From positions 3,744,001-3,808,000 of the forward strand of contig OZ252149.1 in assembly GCA_965248755.1 (NCBI GenBank): a stretch of DNA of 64,000 nt. Reading direction: 5' to 3'. Positions 1-9,026 of the stretch are shown one piece after another. Numbering within the stretch: position 1 is the stretch's first letter; each line of letters starts with the position of its first letter. Below the pieces are notes generated by a model. It saw only the letters and a list, made by a program, of their open reading frames with translations, was not told where the DNA came from and ran no database searches. A program made the position numbers and the translations under genes. Source of the DNA: Candidatus Latescibacterota bacterium. Lineage in GTDB: Bacteria; Latescibacterota; CBDEFO01.

Positions 1-1608
1 TGTATGGATGTTGACGTAGATACTATCGGAAAAGAGTTGCCTTCTCCGCTCACGTGTAAGAGGCGCAGGGTCTGTGTCTTTCCAACGTCCCTTTATGGTG
101 TTGCCATTGATCTCTTCGGGTGTAAAGCCGCGAATGACGCCGCCTGGTTCACCTGGTGCACCTAGATGAAAATGGGCGCCAGTTATTGGACCGCTCAAAG
201 CGTCAACGGTGATGCGGAACCCCAAGTCTACTGTCCCTGCAGGGTTCAGTACATATCCAAAATTACCTGTTCCGGACGGATTTAGCCCCGCAGGAATTGT
301 AGGACGAGGAATCTCCTGCGTTGTGTTCAACACAGCTGTGAAACCGACGTGCCTTTTCACACGGACCTGTCCTCTGATTTCGCCGGGCGGGTTTAAGTCT
401 GTATGGATGTTGACGTAGATATCACCGTTCACCAGTTGACTCACCCGTTCAGGTGTAAGAGGCGCTGCGTCTGCTCCCGTCCAGACCCCGGATATGGTGT
501 TGCCAGCGATCTCCGCGGCGGTAAAGCCGCGAATGGGAGGACCGGCTACACCGAATAGACCCTCGTGAAAATGGGCGGCTGATATTGGGCCGCTCAGACC
601 GGTGACTGTGATGTGGAAGCTTAACTCTGTCCGTGCAATGTTGAGCGCGAACCAACCTGTTCCGGTCGGATTTAGCCCCGCAGGAATTATAGGAGCAGGG
701 ATCTCCTGCAATGTGTTCAACGCGGTTCCAAAGCCGGTTTGTGCATTGGCGGGCGTGGCAGGCGGAGGCGCAGCAGGCGCAACACCCTCGCCGGCCAGCG
801 GGACTCCTAAGACCTGGGTATACGGATCGTTGCTGTTGATCCACAACGTATCGTTTAATACAAGCGCAGAACCAGGTTCAAACCTAACGTGAATCTTGGT
901 CATTCCACCCGGAGGGATCCTGTCCGGACCAAACAAGGTTGCACCGAACGGCAGCGCAGCCGGCGTTAGAGAAAGGCCAGTTATATCCAGCGTATCCCCA
1001 CCTGTATTGTTCACCATCAAGGAGTCAACCTTGAAAGCGCCCACTTCCACAGTGCCGAAGTCAAGAGCAGGCGGAGTTACAGCTATATTGGGCGCAGGTG
1101 GTGGTCCTGCTGCTTCAAAAGTTATTGTGGTGGTCATTGGGACTGTTATCTTGGATTGAATCCCTGAGATTCTTATAGAATAAGTTATTCCTGCAGTTAA
1201 ATTTATAGTTGCAGTTTCACCTTGTCGTCCAATATTATCAATGTCCTGACAATGTACTTCTGTAAGTGGGTGAGAAATTTCTGTATATACTCCTAATGAG
1301 ATATCATCATATAACGAGATTCCGTTCGCAGTACCATCACCGCTTGTAGTAATAGTGATATTACCACTAGAAGCAGGTGTAATTTTATACCACCAACTTT
1401 GAGCAAAGATTCCGAAAGGACTACACGTAACTTCATCGGCCTCCAAAGTTGCCGCGTCAGGAGTAGCAACTGTATCACTAAATGGGAAAACCAATACGTT
1501 GATAGCATTCGACAGATCATCGTTAGGCGGTACTTGAGCCTGTACATAGGTAGGCGCAGTCAAAGCGATTAACAGTACCACGGAATCAAAAACGGTTATG
1601 CGTTGCAT
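1..1608 (-). CDS. Secreted modular protein (signal peptide, PPND-type beta domain, Ig/ASH domain, at least 2 CHRD domains); runs off the left window edge
   Basis: Absent from the ORF track because it has no stop in the window. Manual translation from ATG 1608: MQRITVFDSVVLLIALTAPTYVQAQVPPNDDLSNA...PNIAVTPPALDFGTV...AAHFHEG...GDIYVNIHTDLNPPGEIRGQV...AHFHLG...IYVNIHT. The AHFH and YVNIHT..NP.GEIRGQ motifs are CHRD signatures. Confidence 0.85.
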   Translation of the reverse strand, partial: MQRITVFDSVVLLIALTAPTYVQAQVPPNDDLSNAINVLVFPFSDTVATPDAATLEADEVTCSPFGIFAQSWWYKITPASSGNITITTSGDGTANGISLYDDISLGVYTEISHPLTEVHCQDIDNIGRQGETATINLTAGITYSIRISGIQSKITVPMTTTITFEAAGPPPAPNIAVTPPALDFGTVEVGAFKVDSLMVNNTGGDTLDITGLSLTPAALPFGATLFGPDRIPPGGMTKIHVRFEPGSALVLNDTLWINSNDPYTQVLGVPLAGEGVAPAAPPPATPANAQTGFGTALNTLQEIPAPIIPAGLNPTGTGWFALNIARTELSFHITVTGLSGPISAAHFHEGLFGVAGPPIRGFTAAEIAGNTISGVWTGADAAPLTPERVSQLVNGDIYVNIHTDLNPPGEIRGQVRVKRHVGFTAVLNTTQEIPRPTIPAGLNPSGTGNFGYVLNPAGTVDLGFRITVDALSGPITGAHFHLGAPGEPGGVIRGFTPEEINGNTIKGRWKDTDPAPLTRERRRQLFSDSIYVNIHT

Positions 1609-1729
1609 TTTAAGTCCCCCCTGCTTTTTAGGGTTGATGAAACTTGTAGGGTTGATTTTACACTAAAGCCAGGCTAATTTGTGTCACCTCCATATCTATG
1701 TGAGTAAAAATATGTCAAAAAGCAATCCT

Positions 1730-1756
1730 GTAGGGGCGGGCTAACCCCGCCCCTAC
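1730..1756. repeat. GTAG-type REP-like palindrome; relatives near 14641, 23273-23330, 26409 and 60790
   Basis: gtaggggcgggctaaccccgcccctac is an intergenic inverted repeat beginning with GTAG. Confidence 0.6.
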
Positions 1757-1798
1757 ATTATAATTACGGGAAAGATAACAAAATCTTTGCGTCTATAC

Positions 1799-1842
1799 CG
1801 TGACACAGGTCACAAGATAAGAGAAAATGAAACAGATGTCAA
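1799..1842 (-). promoter_or_regulatory. Sigma70-type promoter with adjoining palindromic operator
   Basis: Minus strand reads TTGACA-17 nt-TATCTT, overlapping TGTGA-cctgtg-TCACG, upstream of the gene starting at 1608. Confidence 0.7.
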
Positions 1843-1868
1843 TAAAACTTTTCCGACTGATGGACAGT

Positions 1869-2990
1869 CTACCGCATCAGTATCAGCTTCCTGGTCTGCA
1901 CGAATCCATCTGTTTCCATGCGATAGAGATAGACACCGCTGGCGAGGTTTTCGCCGTTGCTATCTTTAGCGTTCCACACTAAAGAGTGGCTCCCTGCATC
2001 CATCTCTCCGTCCACCAACCTCGCTACCTTCTGCCCCATCATATTGAAGACAGATATGGCAACGTGGCTTCTAACAGGCAGATCGTAGTGGATAACCGTC
2101 TCAGGGTTGAACGGATTGGGATAGTTCTGTGAGAGGGCATAAGTTTCGGGTATGACATCCAGCGACAGCTCAGTCTGCTCGGTTGCCGCAGGGATTAAGC
2201 CCTCGTTGAGCTGGATGTCCTTAATCCTTAACAGAGTAGTCTCCAATCCATCACTCACACCGGGTATAGTCTCAAACTTGATGTAGGCTATGTCTCCGCT
2301 GCCTTCTACTCCGTCTGCGGAGGCAAATGCTATCTTGACCTCGTCCCCCTCAATATTGCTCTGGAACATAAACTGGGACATCATATCTGAAGGAGATACG
2401 CTCACTGCCTTCAGCCTTGATGCGTCGTAGCTTATAGACATATATGCTCCGAGCACACCTGACATATCGTCTATGGAAACAGGGACCTTTATGCCCTTTT
2501 CAGATGCTTGTACAGCATCAGATATCGCCACCGTGCGAGGTGAGACGGGCGCGGCCTTCGCAACACCAGGTTCTCCGAAGAACGGAAGTCCGGGTATCTT
2601 CCTGACCACCTTCTGGAGGATGCGGGATGCGTCAAATGGTGACACTGTCCCATCGCGAGTCACGTCTACGATGGCAAGGAACAGGTCTGTGTCTCCACCG
2701 AAGAAGTCGCGCAATATGTTCCTGGTCTGGACCACCCACTGTAGAACTAATGCGGCGTCGAAAGCCCTGACCGCACCGTTAAGGCTGCCATCGCCTACCT
2801 GCGCTACTGTGATGCCGCCGTCGAACTTGACCACAGGTGGGTCACCCTCGTTCAGGATCGTTTGACGCCCTAGCACAAATATTTCGATACTTGAGCCCAA
2901 CAATACGCCGGGATCTACTTCGAATACCGCAAATGCCAGGATGCCCTTTGGAGTATCAACGAGCGGAGTAGGCGAGGCAAAGGCTATTAA
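1869..2990 (-). pseudogene. C-terminal part (end of cohesin, dockerin, cohesin, NYPNPFNP/FlgD-Ig sorting domain) of the giant gene starting at 14569, separated by an IS-borne insertion
   Basis: Frame is open from 2990 (LIAFASPTPLVD...). Dockerin-like GDGSLNGAVRAFDA...DVTRDGTVSPFDA and terminal YALSQNYPNPFNPET...SGVYLYRM. Joins in frame to 9032-14569. Confidence 0.85.
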
Positions 2991-4616
2991 CCCCCATTCG
3001 CCATATTAGACCCGAAAAATGGTTGTCAAAGTCGCCAGAACATGTTATATTACAATAAATAAGACTCATAAATGGCGGATAAATATTGATCATCCAGAGG
3101 GTGAAAGAATGAAAGTAGGTTTTGATGGAGGAATAAAGCTTGAATTTCATGGTGCAAAGGTGACATCAAACGGTGGACTTCTTGCGTATCGTGACCTTGA
3201 TTACGCACTGGGATTATTTGATTCGGTATCAGCGGTTTTTACCGATAAACGCACAGGCCGTAATATCCAACATGATATATCTACTCTCCTGCGTCAATCG
3301 ATATACAGCCGTCTTGCAGGATATGAAGATGTAAATGACGCCGAGCGATTATCCGTTGATCCCGTCATGCGAGCGATTACCGGAAAGAAGGACAAAGGCA
3401 GGCAAGCTGCCAGCTCCAACACGATAGGACGTTTTGAAACTGATATACTGACTCAGCATGACAATCTCAGAAACTTGTCAGATATCAATGGCAAGTGGGT
3501 TCAAAAAGCGATGAGTAAAACACAGCATCAACGAATCATTCTGGACATGGACAGTTCGGAGAGTCCGGTACATGGCCAGCAGGAAGGATCAGCTTACAAC
3601 GGTCATTTCGGATGTACCTGTTTTCATCCAGTGTTCTGCTTCAATCAGTTCGGGGATTGTGAAGGAGTCCTACTTCGCTCTGGTAATGTTCACAGTGCTG
3701 ATCGTTGGAAGGAAGTTCTGGAACCGATCGTCAAGAGATACGAGAGCAAGAAGAATAGGAAATACTTTCGAGGCGATGCTGCATTCGCAAAGCCTGAGAT
3801 TTATGATTATCTGGAGGGAAACGGCTATTTGTATGCCATTCGGCTTCCCGCAAATGAGATACTCTATGAAAAGATACGATACCTGCTGACTCGGCCAGTT
3901 GGACGACCGCCGAGGAAACCGATTGTATCGTTATATGAATTTCAATATAAAGCGGCCAGTTGGGATCAATCGAGGCGAGTGGTCGCCAAGGTTGAATGGC
4001 ACCAAGGGGAGTTATTCCCAAGAGTGGGATTTATCGTGACCAACATGAGCGCCAAGCCAGAAGGCGTGGTACACTTCTACAATGGCCGTGGCAGAGCTGA
4101 GCAGTGGATTAAGGAGGGCAAGTATGCTCTGAACTGGACCCGACTCTCATGCAAGCGTTTCGTCTCCAATCAGGTGAGGCTCTGGCTGTTTGTTCTGGCT
4201 TACAACTTGGGCAACTTCCTGCGACGTTTTGTTCTTCCGAAGAAAATCAAACACTGGTCACTACGCAGCCTCCTCGTGAAATTTATCAAAATCGGAGCGA
4301 AGATTGTCAGACACAGCGGATATATTACGTTTCAAATGGCTGAGGTTGGGATAGACAAGAGGTTATTTGCCGAAATATTATCCCGGATTGAACGATTGCG
4401 ATGTTATTCTGTTTAAACTGCCACATTTTTTTGTGAGTCGATGGAGAGGTGTCTCTAATTGGAGGATTTAAACACAAAGAAAGTGATAATTCAGAGGAAA
4501 ATACTATTTTAATTGAAAAAAGTACTTGTTGAAAAATGTAAAAGTGGTAATATTAATTCAGAAACAAGAATGTATCGAAATATAATCCCTCATGAATGTG
4601 ATATGGGGAATGTCGG
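2991..4616 (+). mobile_element. IS1380-family insertion sequence, copy 1 (1626 bp)
   Basis: Imperfect terminal inverted repeats CCCCCATTCGCCATAT and CCGACATTCCCCATAT (reverse complement). Same ends and length in all four copies. Confidence 0.92.
3019..4416 (+). CDS. IS1380-family DDE transposase
   Basis: TSNGGLL, AGYEDVND, ILDMDSS, RGDAAF and FYNGRGRAEQWIKEGK motifs typical of IS1380 (DDE_Tnp_1_4) transposases. Confidence 0.92.
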   Translation: MVVKVARTCYITINKTHKWRINIDHPEGERMKVGFDGGIKLEFHGAKVTSNGGLLAYRDLDYALGLFDSVSAVFTDKRTGRNIQHDISTLLRQSIYSRLAGYEDVNDAERLSVDPVMRAITGKKDKGRQAASSNTIGRFETDILTQHDNLRNLSDINGKWVQKAMSKTQHQRIILDMDSSESPVHGQQEGSAYNGHFGCTCFHPVFCFNQFGDCEGVLLRSGNVHSADRWKEVLEPIVKRYESKKNRKYFRGDAAFAKPEIYDYLEGNGYLYAIRLPANEILYEKIRYLLTRPVGRPPRKPIVSLYEFQYKAASWDQSRRVVAKVEWHQGELFPRVGFIVTNMSAKPEGVVHFYNGRGRAEQWIKEGKYALNWTRLSCKRFVSNQVRLWLFVLAYNLGNFLRRFVLPKKIKHWSLRSLLVKFIKIGAKIVRHSGYITFQMAEVGIDKRLFAEILSRIERLRCYSV

Positions 4617-4779
4617 TCAACATCTCACTGCTGCCTCCCCCGTACTTGAATATCACCTCATTGGGCTGATACTCCTTCTGCTGGCATACGCTCAGCACCA
4701 GCTTTGCCTCATCCACTGAGAGTTCCCCGAACATGGGGATCCTTCTTATCATGTTCAGCACTTTGAAGTCGGTTGCCAT
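4617..4779 (-). pseudogene. 5' fragment of a cyclic-nucleotide-binding-domain protein, truncated at the IS right end (passenger DNA)
   Basis: RBS GGAGG, then MATDFKVLNMIRRIPMFGELSVDEAKLVLSVCQQKEYQPNEVIFKYG, a cNMP-domain start, running directly into the IS end. Confidence 0.7.
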
Positions 4780-5169
4780 GTCTTATCCTCCTTCACGTAA
4801 CGGAAGGCTCTTCTCCCAAAACAGTAACGTGAACCCCAAAACATCAAAACTGGACAGATGGCTTAGCAAGTTTTTAGAATCATGCAAGAGCTCAAAATGA
4901 GTCTCCACGGGGGCTGTTATGTCAAATAAACCTTCTATCTTTACAGATGTACATTAGAAATAAGTTGTCTTGCACCACTCGATTTGGTAGAATAGGTATG
5001 CCCACCAACAGAAAGGTAAGACTGTCAAGTCGGGTAGTCTGTGCAACCAACGCGAAAAACTTGCTTTACTTGTCCAATTACGTGCTCAGAAAAACGGGTT
5101 CAGTTCATTCCCGCTCTTCCATTCCTATCGCCAAACTTTTTGTCTAAAATGTCCTGCACGATCATAAGT

Positions 5170-5775
5170 TTAATTTCTATCCTGTCTCACTAAAAAAAAG
5201 TAACTTATGTGGACTTTTAAGGCGGAGGCGATCTTACGTAAAGTAGAAATTGAAGCTGAACTGTCTCCCAATTCGATCTTGGATATTAGGCTTAGCGATA
5301 GCCCTGTCCTGTTTGCCAACTGCTTGATCGTTAACCCTTTTTCCTGCCTTAAAGCTCGAATCCTTTGTCCTATCTCTGATGCTAACTTTTCGTCAGGATC
5401 AATTTCCAGGCCCCTCTCAGCCAGAGCCTTTTGAATAACATCTAAAAGTTCTGGCATCCTGAATGGTTTCGTAATGTAATCAGTAACGCCCAGCTTCATC
5501 GTGGTGACAGCCGATTCCGTACTCGGGTAACCCGTCACTACGATTACAGACACATCCGAGTCGAACTTCCTTATGTCTACAAGGAGATCATCACCTGTTA
5601 TTGCGGGCATTTTTAGATCCAGAAGTACCACGTGATGCATCCCACTTTTAAGTTTGTCCATCGCCCTTTTGGGATCAGTGACACTTTCAACATCAAAACC
5701 CTCTTGAGTAAGGTAATGACTAAGCGAATCGCTAAATTCTTTGTCGTCGTCAATTATCAGTGTTTTAATCTTCAT
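5170..5775 (-). CDS. Response regulator: receiver domain plus XRE/HTH_3 DNA-binding domain
   Basis: LIIDDD, LLDLKMP, VTGY and KPF receiver motifs; C-terminal IGQRIRALRQEKGLTIKQLANRTGLSLSLISKIELG. Confidence 0.9.
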   Translation of the reverse strand: MKIKTLIIDDDKEFSDSLSHYLTQEGFDVESVTDPKRAMDKLKSGMHHVVLLDLKMPAITGDDLLVDIRKFDSDVSVIVVTGYPSTESAVTTMKLGVTDYITKPFRMPELLDVIQKALAERGLEIDPDEKLASEIGQRIRALRQEKGLTIKQLANRTGLSLSLISKIELGDSSASISTLRKIASALKVHISYFFLVRQDRN

Positions 5776-5792
5776 CTTAGCTTTAGTTCAAT

Positions 5793-5903
5793 TCATGCTG
5801 AAGTTTTTGTCAGCACATCTTCAAGTTCTGACAGTTTAAAGGTTTTGTACAGTATCGCGTAAAAGCCTATTCCCCTTGCCGCTGTCCTCTTAGTAAAAAG
5901 CAA
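5793..5903 (-). pseudogene. Possible remnant of a receiver-domain C-terminus
   Basis: Translates as ...ARGIGFYAILYKTFKLSELEDVL..., resembling the KPF region; no start visible. Confidence 0.35.
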
Positions 5904-6307
5904 TTAGGATCAAGCACTTGTCGATAAAAAGTTTCAACTATTGTTTTATGATATGACGTGAACCCCAAACTGGACAGGGTCTTAATATACGACGATGCCG
6001 ACTCTTTGTCAACCTTTTTCAAATCATAACATATATATTCTACAATTATTTAGTATGAATAAACTATTCTATAAATACTATATAAAAAGAAAGCCCGCCA
6101 TTTCTGACGGACTGTGTGTTTGAGTATCGCCGACTCTTTTACATTTAGAGACTCTTTACCTACAGGATCATTCACTCGTTCCCATTATCACCTCGCGTAA
6201 TGTCTTGCTCAGTTCTTCGACCTTATATGGTTTGGCAACAAAACTGCTGAAACCATATTGCCTGAAATTGGCTAATACCGGATCGTTAGAATAACCGCTC
6301 GATACAA

Positions 6308-7933
6308 CCCCCATTCGCCATATTAGACCCGAAAAATGGTTGTCAAAGTCGCCAGAACATGTTATATTACAATAAATAAGACTCATAAATGGCGGATAAA
6401 TATTGATCATCCAGAGGGTGAAAGAATGAAAGTAGGTTTTGATGGAGGAATAAAGCTTGAATTTCATGGTGCAAAGGTGACATCAAACGGTGGACTTCTT
6501 GCGTATCGTGACCTTGATTACGCACTGGGATTATTTGATTCGGTATCAGCGGTTTTTACCGATAAACGCACAGGCCGTAATATCCAACATGATATATCTA
6601 CTCTCCTGCGTCAATCGATATACAGCCGTCTTGCAGGATATGAAGATGTAAATGACGCCGAGCGATTATCCGTTGATCCCGTCATGCGAGCGATTACCGG
6701 AAAGAAGGACAAAGGCAGGCAAGCTGCCAGCTCCAACACGATAGGACGTTTTGAAACTGATATACTGACTCAGCATGACAATCTCAGAAACTTGTCAGAT
6801 ATCAATGGCAAGTGGGTTCAAAAAGCGATGAGTAAAACACAGCATCAACGAATCATTCTGGACATGGACAGTTCGGAGAGTCCGGTACATGGCCAGCAGG
6901 AAGGATCAGCTTACAACGGTCATTTCGGATGTACCTGTTTTCATCCAGTGTTCTGCTTCAATCAGTTCGGGGATTGTGAAGGAGTCCTACTTCGCTCTGG
7001 TAATGTTCACAGTGCTGATCGTTGGAAGGAAGTTCTGGAACCGATCGTCAAGAGATACGAGAGCAAGAAGAATAGGAAATACTTTCGAGGCGATGCTGCA
7101 TTCGCAAAGCCTGAGATTTATGATTATCTGGAGGGAAACGGCTATTTGTATGCCATTCGGCTTCCCGCAAATGAGATACTCTATGAAAAGATACGATACC
7201 TGCTGACTCGGCCAGTTGGACGACCGCCGAGGAAACCGATTGTATCGTTATATGAATTTCAATATAAAGCGGCCAGTTGGGATCAATCGAGGCGAGTGGT
7301 CGCCAAGGTTGAATGGCACCAAGGGGAGTTATTCCCAAGAGTGGGATTTATCGTGACCAACATGAGCGCCAAGCCAGAAGGCGTGGTACACTTCTACAAT
7401 GGCCGTGGCAGAGCTGAGCAGTGGATTAAGGAGGGCAAGTATGCTCTGAACTGGACCCGACTCTCATGCAAGCGTTTCGTCTCCAATCAGGTGAGGCTCT
7501 GGCTGTTTGTTCTGGCTTACAACTTGGGCAACTTCCTGCGACGTTTTGTTCTTCCGAAGAAAATCAAACACTGGTCACTACGCAGCCTCCTCGTGAAATT
7601 TATCAAAATCGGAGCGAAGATTGTCAGACACAGCGGATATATTACGTTTCAAATGGCTGAGGTTGGGATAGACAAGAGGTTATTTGCCGAAATATTATCC
7701 CGGATTGAACGATTGCGATGTTATTCTGTTTAAACTGCCACATTTTTTTGTGAGTCGATGGAGAGGTGTCTCTAATTGGAGGATTTAAACACAAAGAAAG
7801 TGATAATTCAGAGGAAAATACTATTTTAATTGAAAAAAGTACTTGTTGAAAAATGTAAAAGTGGTAATATTAATTCAGAAACAAGAATGTATCGAAATAT
7901 AATCCCTCATGAATGTGATATGGGGAATGTCGG
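6308..7933 (+). mobile_element. IS1380-family insertion sequence, copy 2; simple insertion with 4-bp target duplication ACAA
   Basis: ACAA at 6304-6307 and 7934-7937; same ends and transposase as copy 1. Confidence 0.92.
6336..7733 (+). CDS. IS1380-family transposase
   Basis: Protein identical to 3019..4416. Confidence 0.92.
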   Translation: MVVKVARTCYITINKTHKWRINIDHPEGERMKVGFDGGIKLEFHGAKVTSNGGLLAYRDLDYALGLFDSVSAVFTDKRTGRNIQHDISTLLRQSIYSRLAGYEDVNDAERLSVDPVMRAITGKKDKGRQAASSNTIGRFETDILTQHDNLRNLSDINGKWVQKAMSKTQHQRIILDMDSSESPVHGQQEGSAYNGHFGCTCFHPVFCFNQFGDCEGVLLRSGNVHSADRWKEVLEPIVKRYESKKNRKYFRGDAAFAKPEIYDYLEGNGYLYAIRLPANEILYEKIRYLLTRPVGRPPRKPIVSLYEFQYKAASWDQSRRVVAKVEWHQGELFPRVGFIVTNMSAKPEGVVHFYNGRGRAEQWIKEGKYALNWTRLSCKRFVSNQVRLWLFVLAYNLGNFLRRFVLPKKIKHWSLRSLLVKFIKIGAKIVRHSGYITFQMAEVGIDKRLFAEILSRIERLRCYSV

Positions 7934-9026
7934 ACAATGGCCTTAACCTCAGGGTCTATTTCAAGCAGCTTCCTGATGGCTTCTTTTCCCCCGATACCGC
8001 CAGGCACAGTTAAATCCATAATAACTGCATCAAAGGGCTGTCCTGATTTCTGGGCCTGCTTGTAAAGCTTGATAGCTGCGGCGCCATCTTCGGCAAACTG
8101 TGCCTCATATCCAAAATGAGTCAGTATCTGGCTGAGGGACTCTCTGATGTCTTCCTCATCGTCCATGATCAAAATCTTGCCCTTGCCGGCAAGGGGTTTT
8201 TCCTCTACATCTTCCTTTATCTGGATTTCTTTTGAGGTAGCGGGGAGATAGATATGGAAGGTGGTTCTAACTCCCAACTCGGATTCTACACTTATGTACC
8301 CATCGTGGTTCGTAACTATGGAATAGGAAGTCGTAAGACCAAGGCCGCTGCCCTCCTGTTTAGTCGTGAAAAAGGGATCGAATATCTTATCAAGATGCTC
8401 CTGGGCTATACCGATCCCCTGATCTGCAACGCATGTTTTTATGTATTTTCCCTCCTGCAAAGGGAGAGCGCCTTTTGCTCCTACGGTAACATTTTCAGCA
8501 CGCATCTTAATTGTCCCGCCGTGGGGCATTGCCTGGTCAGCGTTGATAATCAAATTGTTGATGACCTGACTTATCTGTCCTTCATCAACTTCAACCGCCA
8601 AAAGACCGTCAGGGAAGGAGAATTCGCACTTAACATTGGAGCCTCTCAAGGCAAAGCCGACTGAATCTTTTATTAATTCTGAGATAGAGATCGTCTCCTT
8701 AATCGGCGCTCCGCCGCTGGAAAAGGTGAGCAATTGCTGGGTCAAGTCCTTTGCCTTTATGGACACTTTCTCTATCGTAGTCAATACCTCAGAGATTTCA
8801 TCTTCCGATTTTGCATACTTTGCAAGGGAGACATTGACCAAAATCGTAGCTAGAACATTATTAAAGTCGTGTGCAATTCCCGCTGCTACGTGTCCTAAAA
8901 CATTGAGCCTTTCCATCCGGACTATCTGCTCTTGCGCCTCCTGCAATTTTCGATAGGAGTGATCTAAATCCAGGCTCATCCGGCTCAGTTCCTGATTGGC
9001 TCTCTGCACAAGAGTAAAAATGTCCT

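Larger units (their letters stand above)
6168..9026 (-). pseudogene. Hybrid sensor histidine kinase (HisKA, HATPase, receiver), 5'-truncated at 9026 and interrupted by IS copy 2
   Basis: AAGIAHDFNN, QVINNLIINA, DPFFTTK, GSGLGL and IMDLTVPGG motifs. Removing 6308-7937 restores ...VKAIVSSGYSNDPV...KPY. Frame is open up to the passenger boundary. Confidence 0.88.

Noticed and set aside
2991..7933. Classical composite transposon bounded by IS copies 1 and 2
   Set aside because: Copy 2 has its own ACAA duplication, and the duplication matching copy 1 lies at 9027-9031, beyond copy 2.
8861..9026. C-terminal tail of the 1902-aa ORF as a real domain
   Set aside because: It is out-of-frame read-through into the passenger kinase gene.
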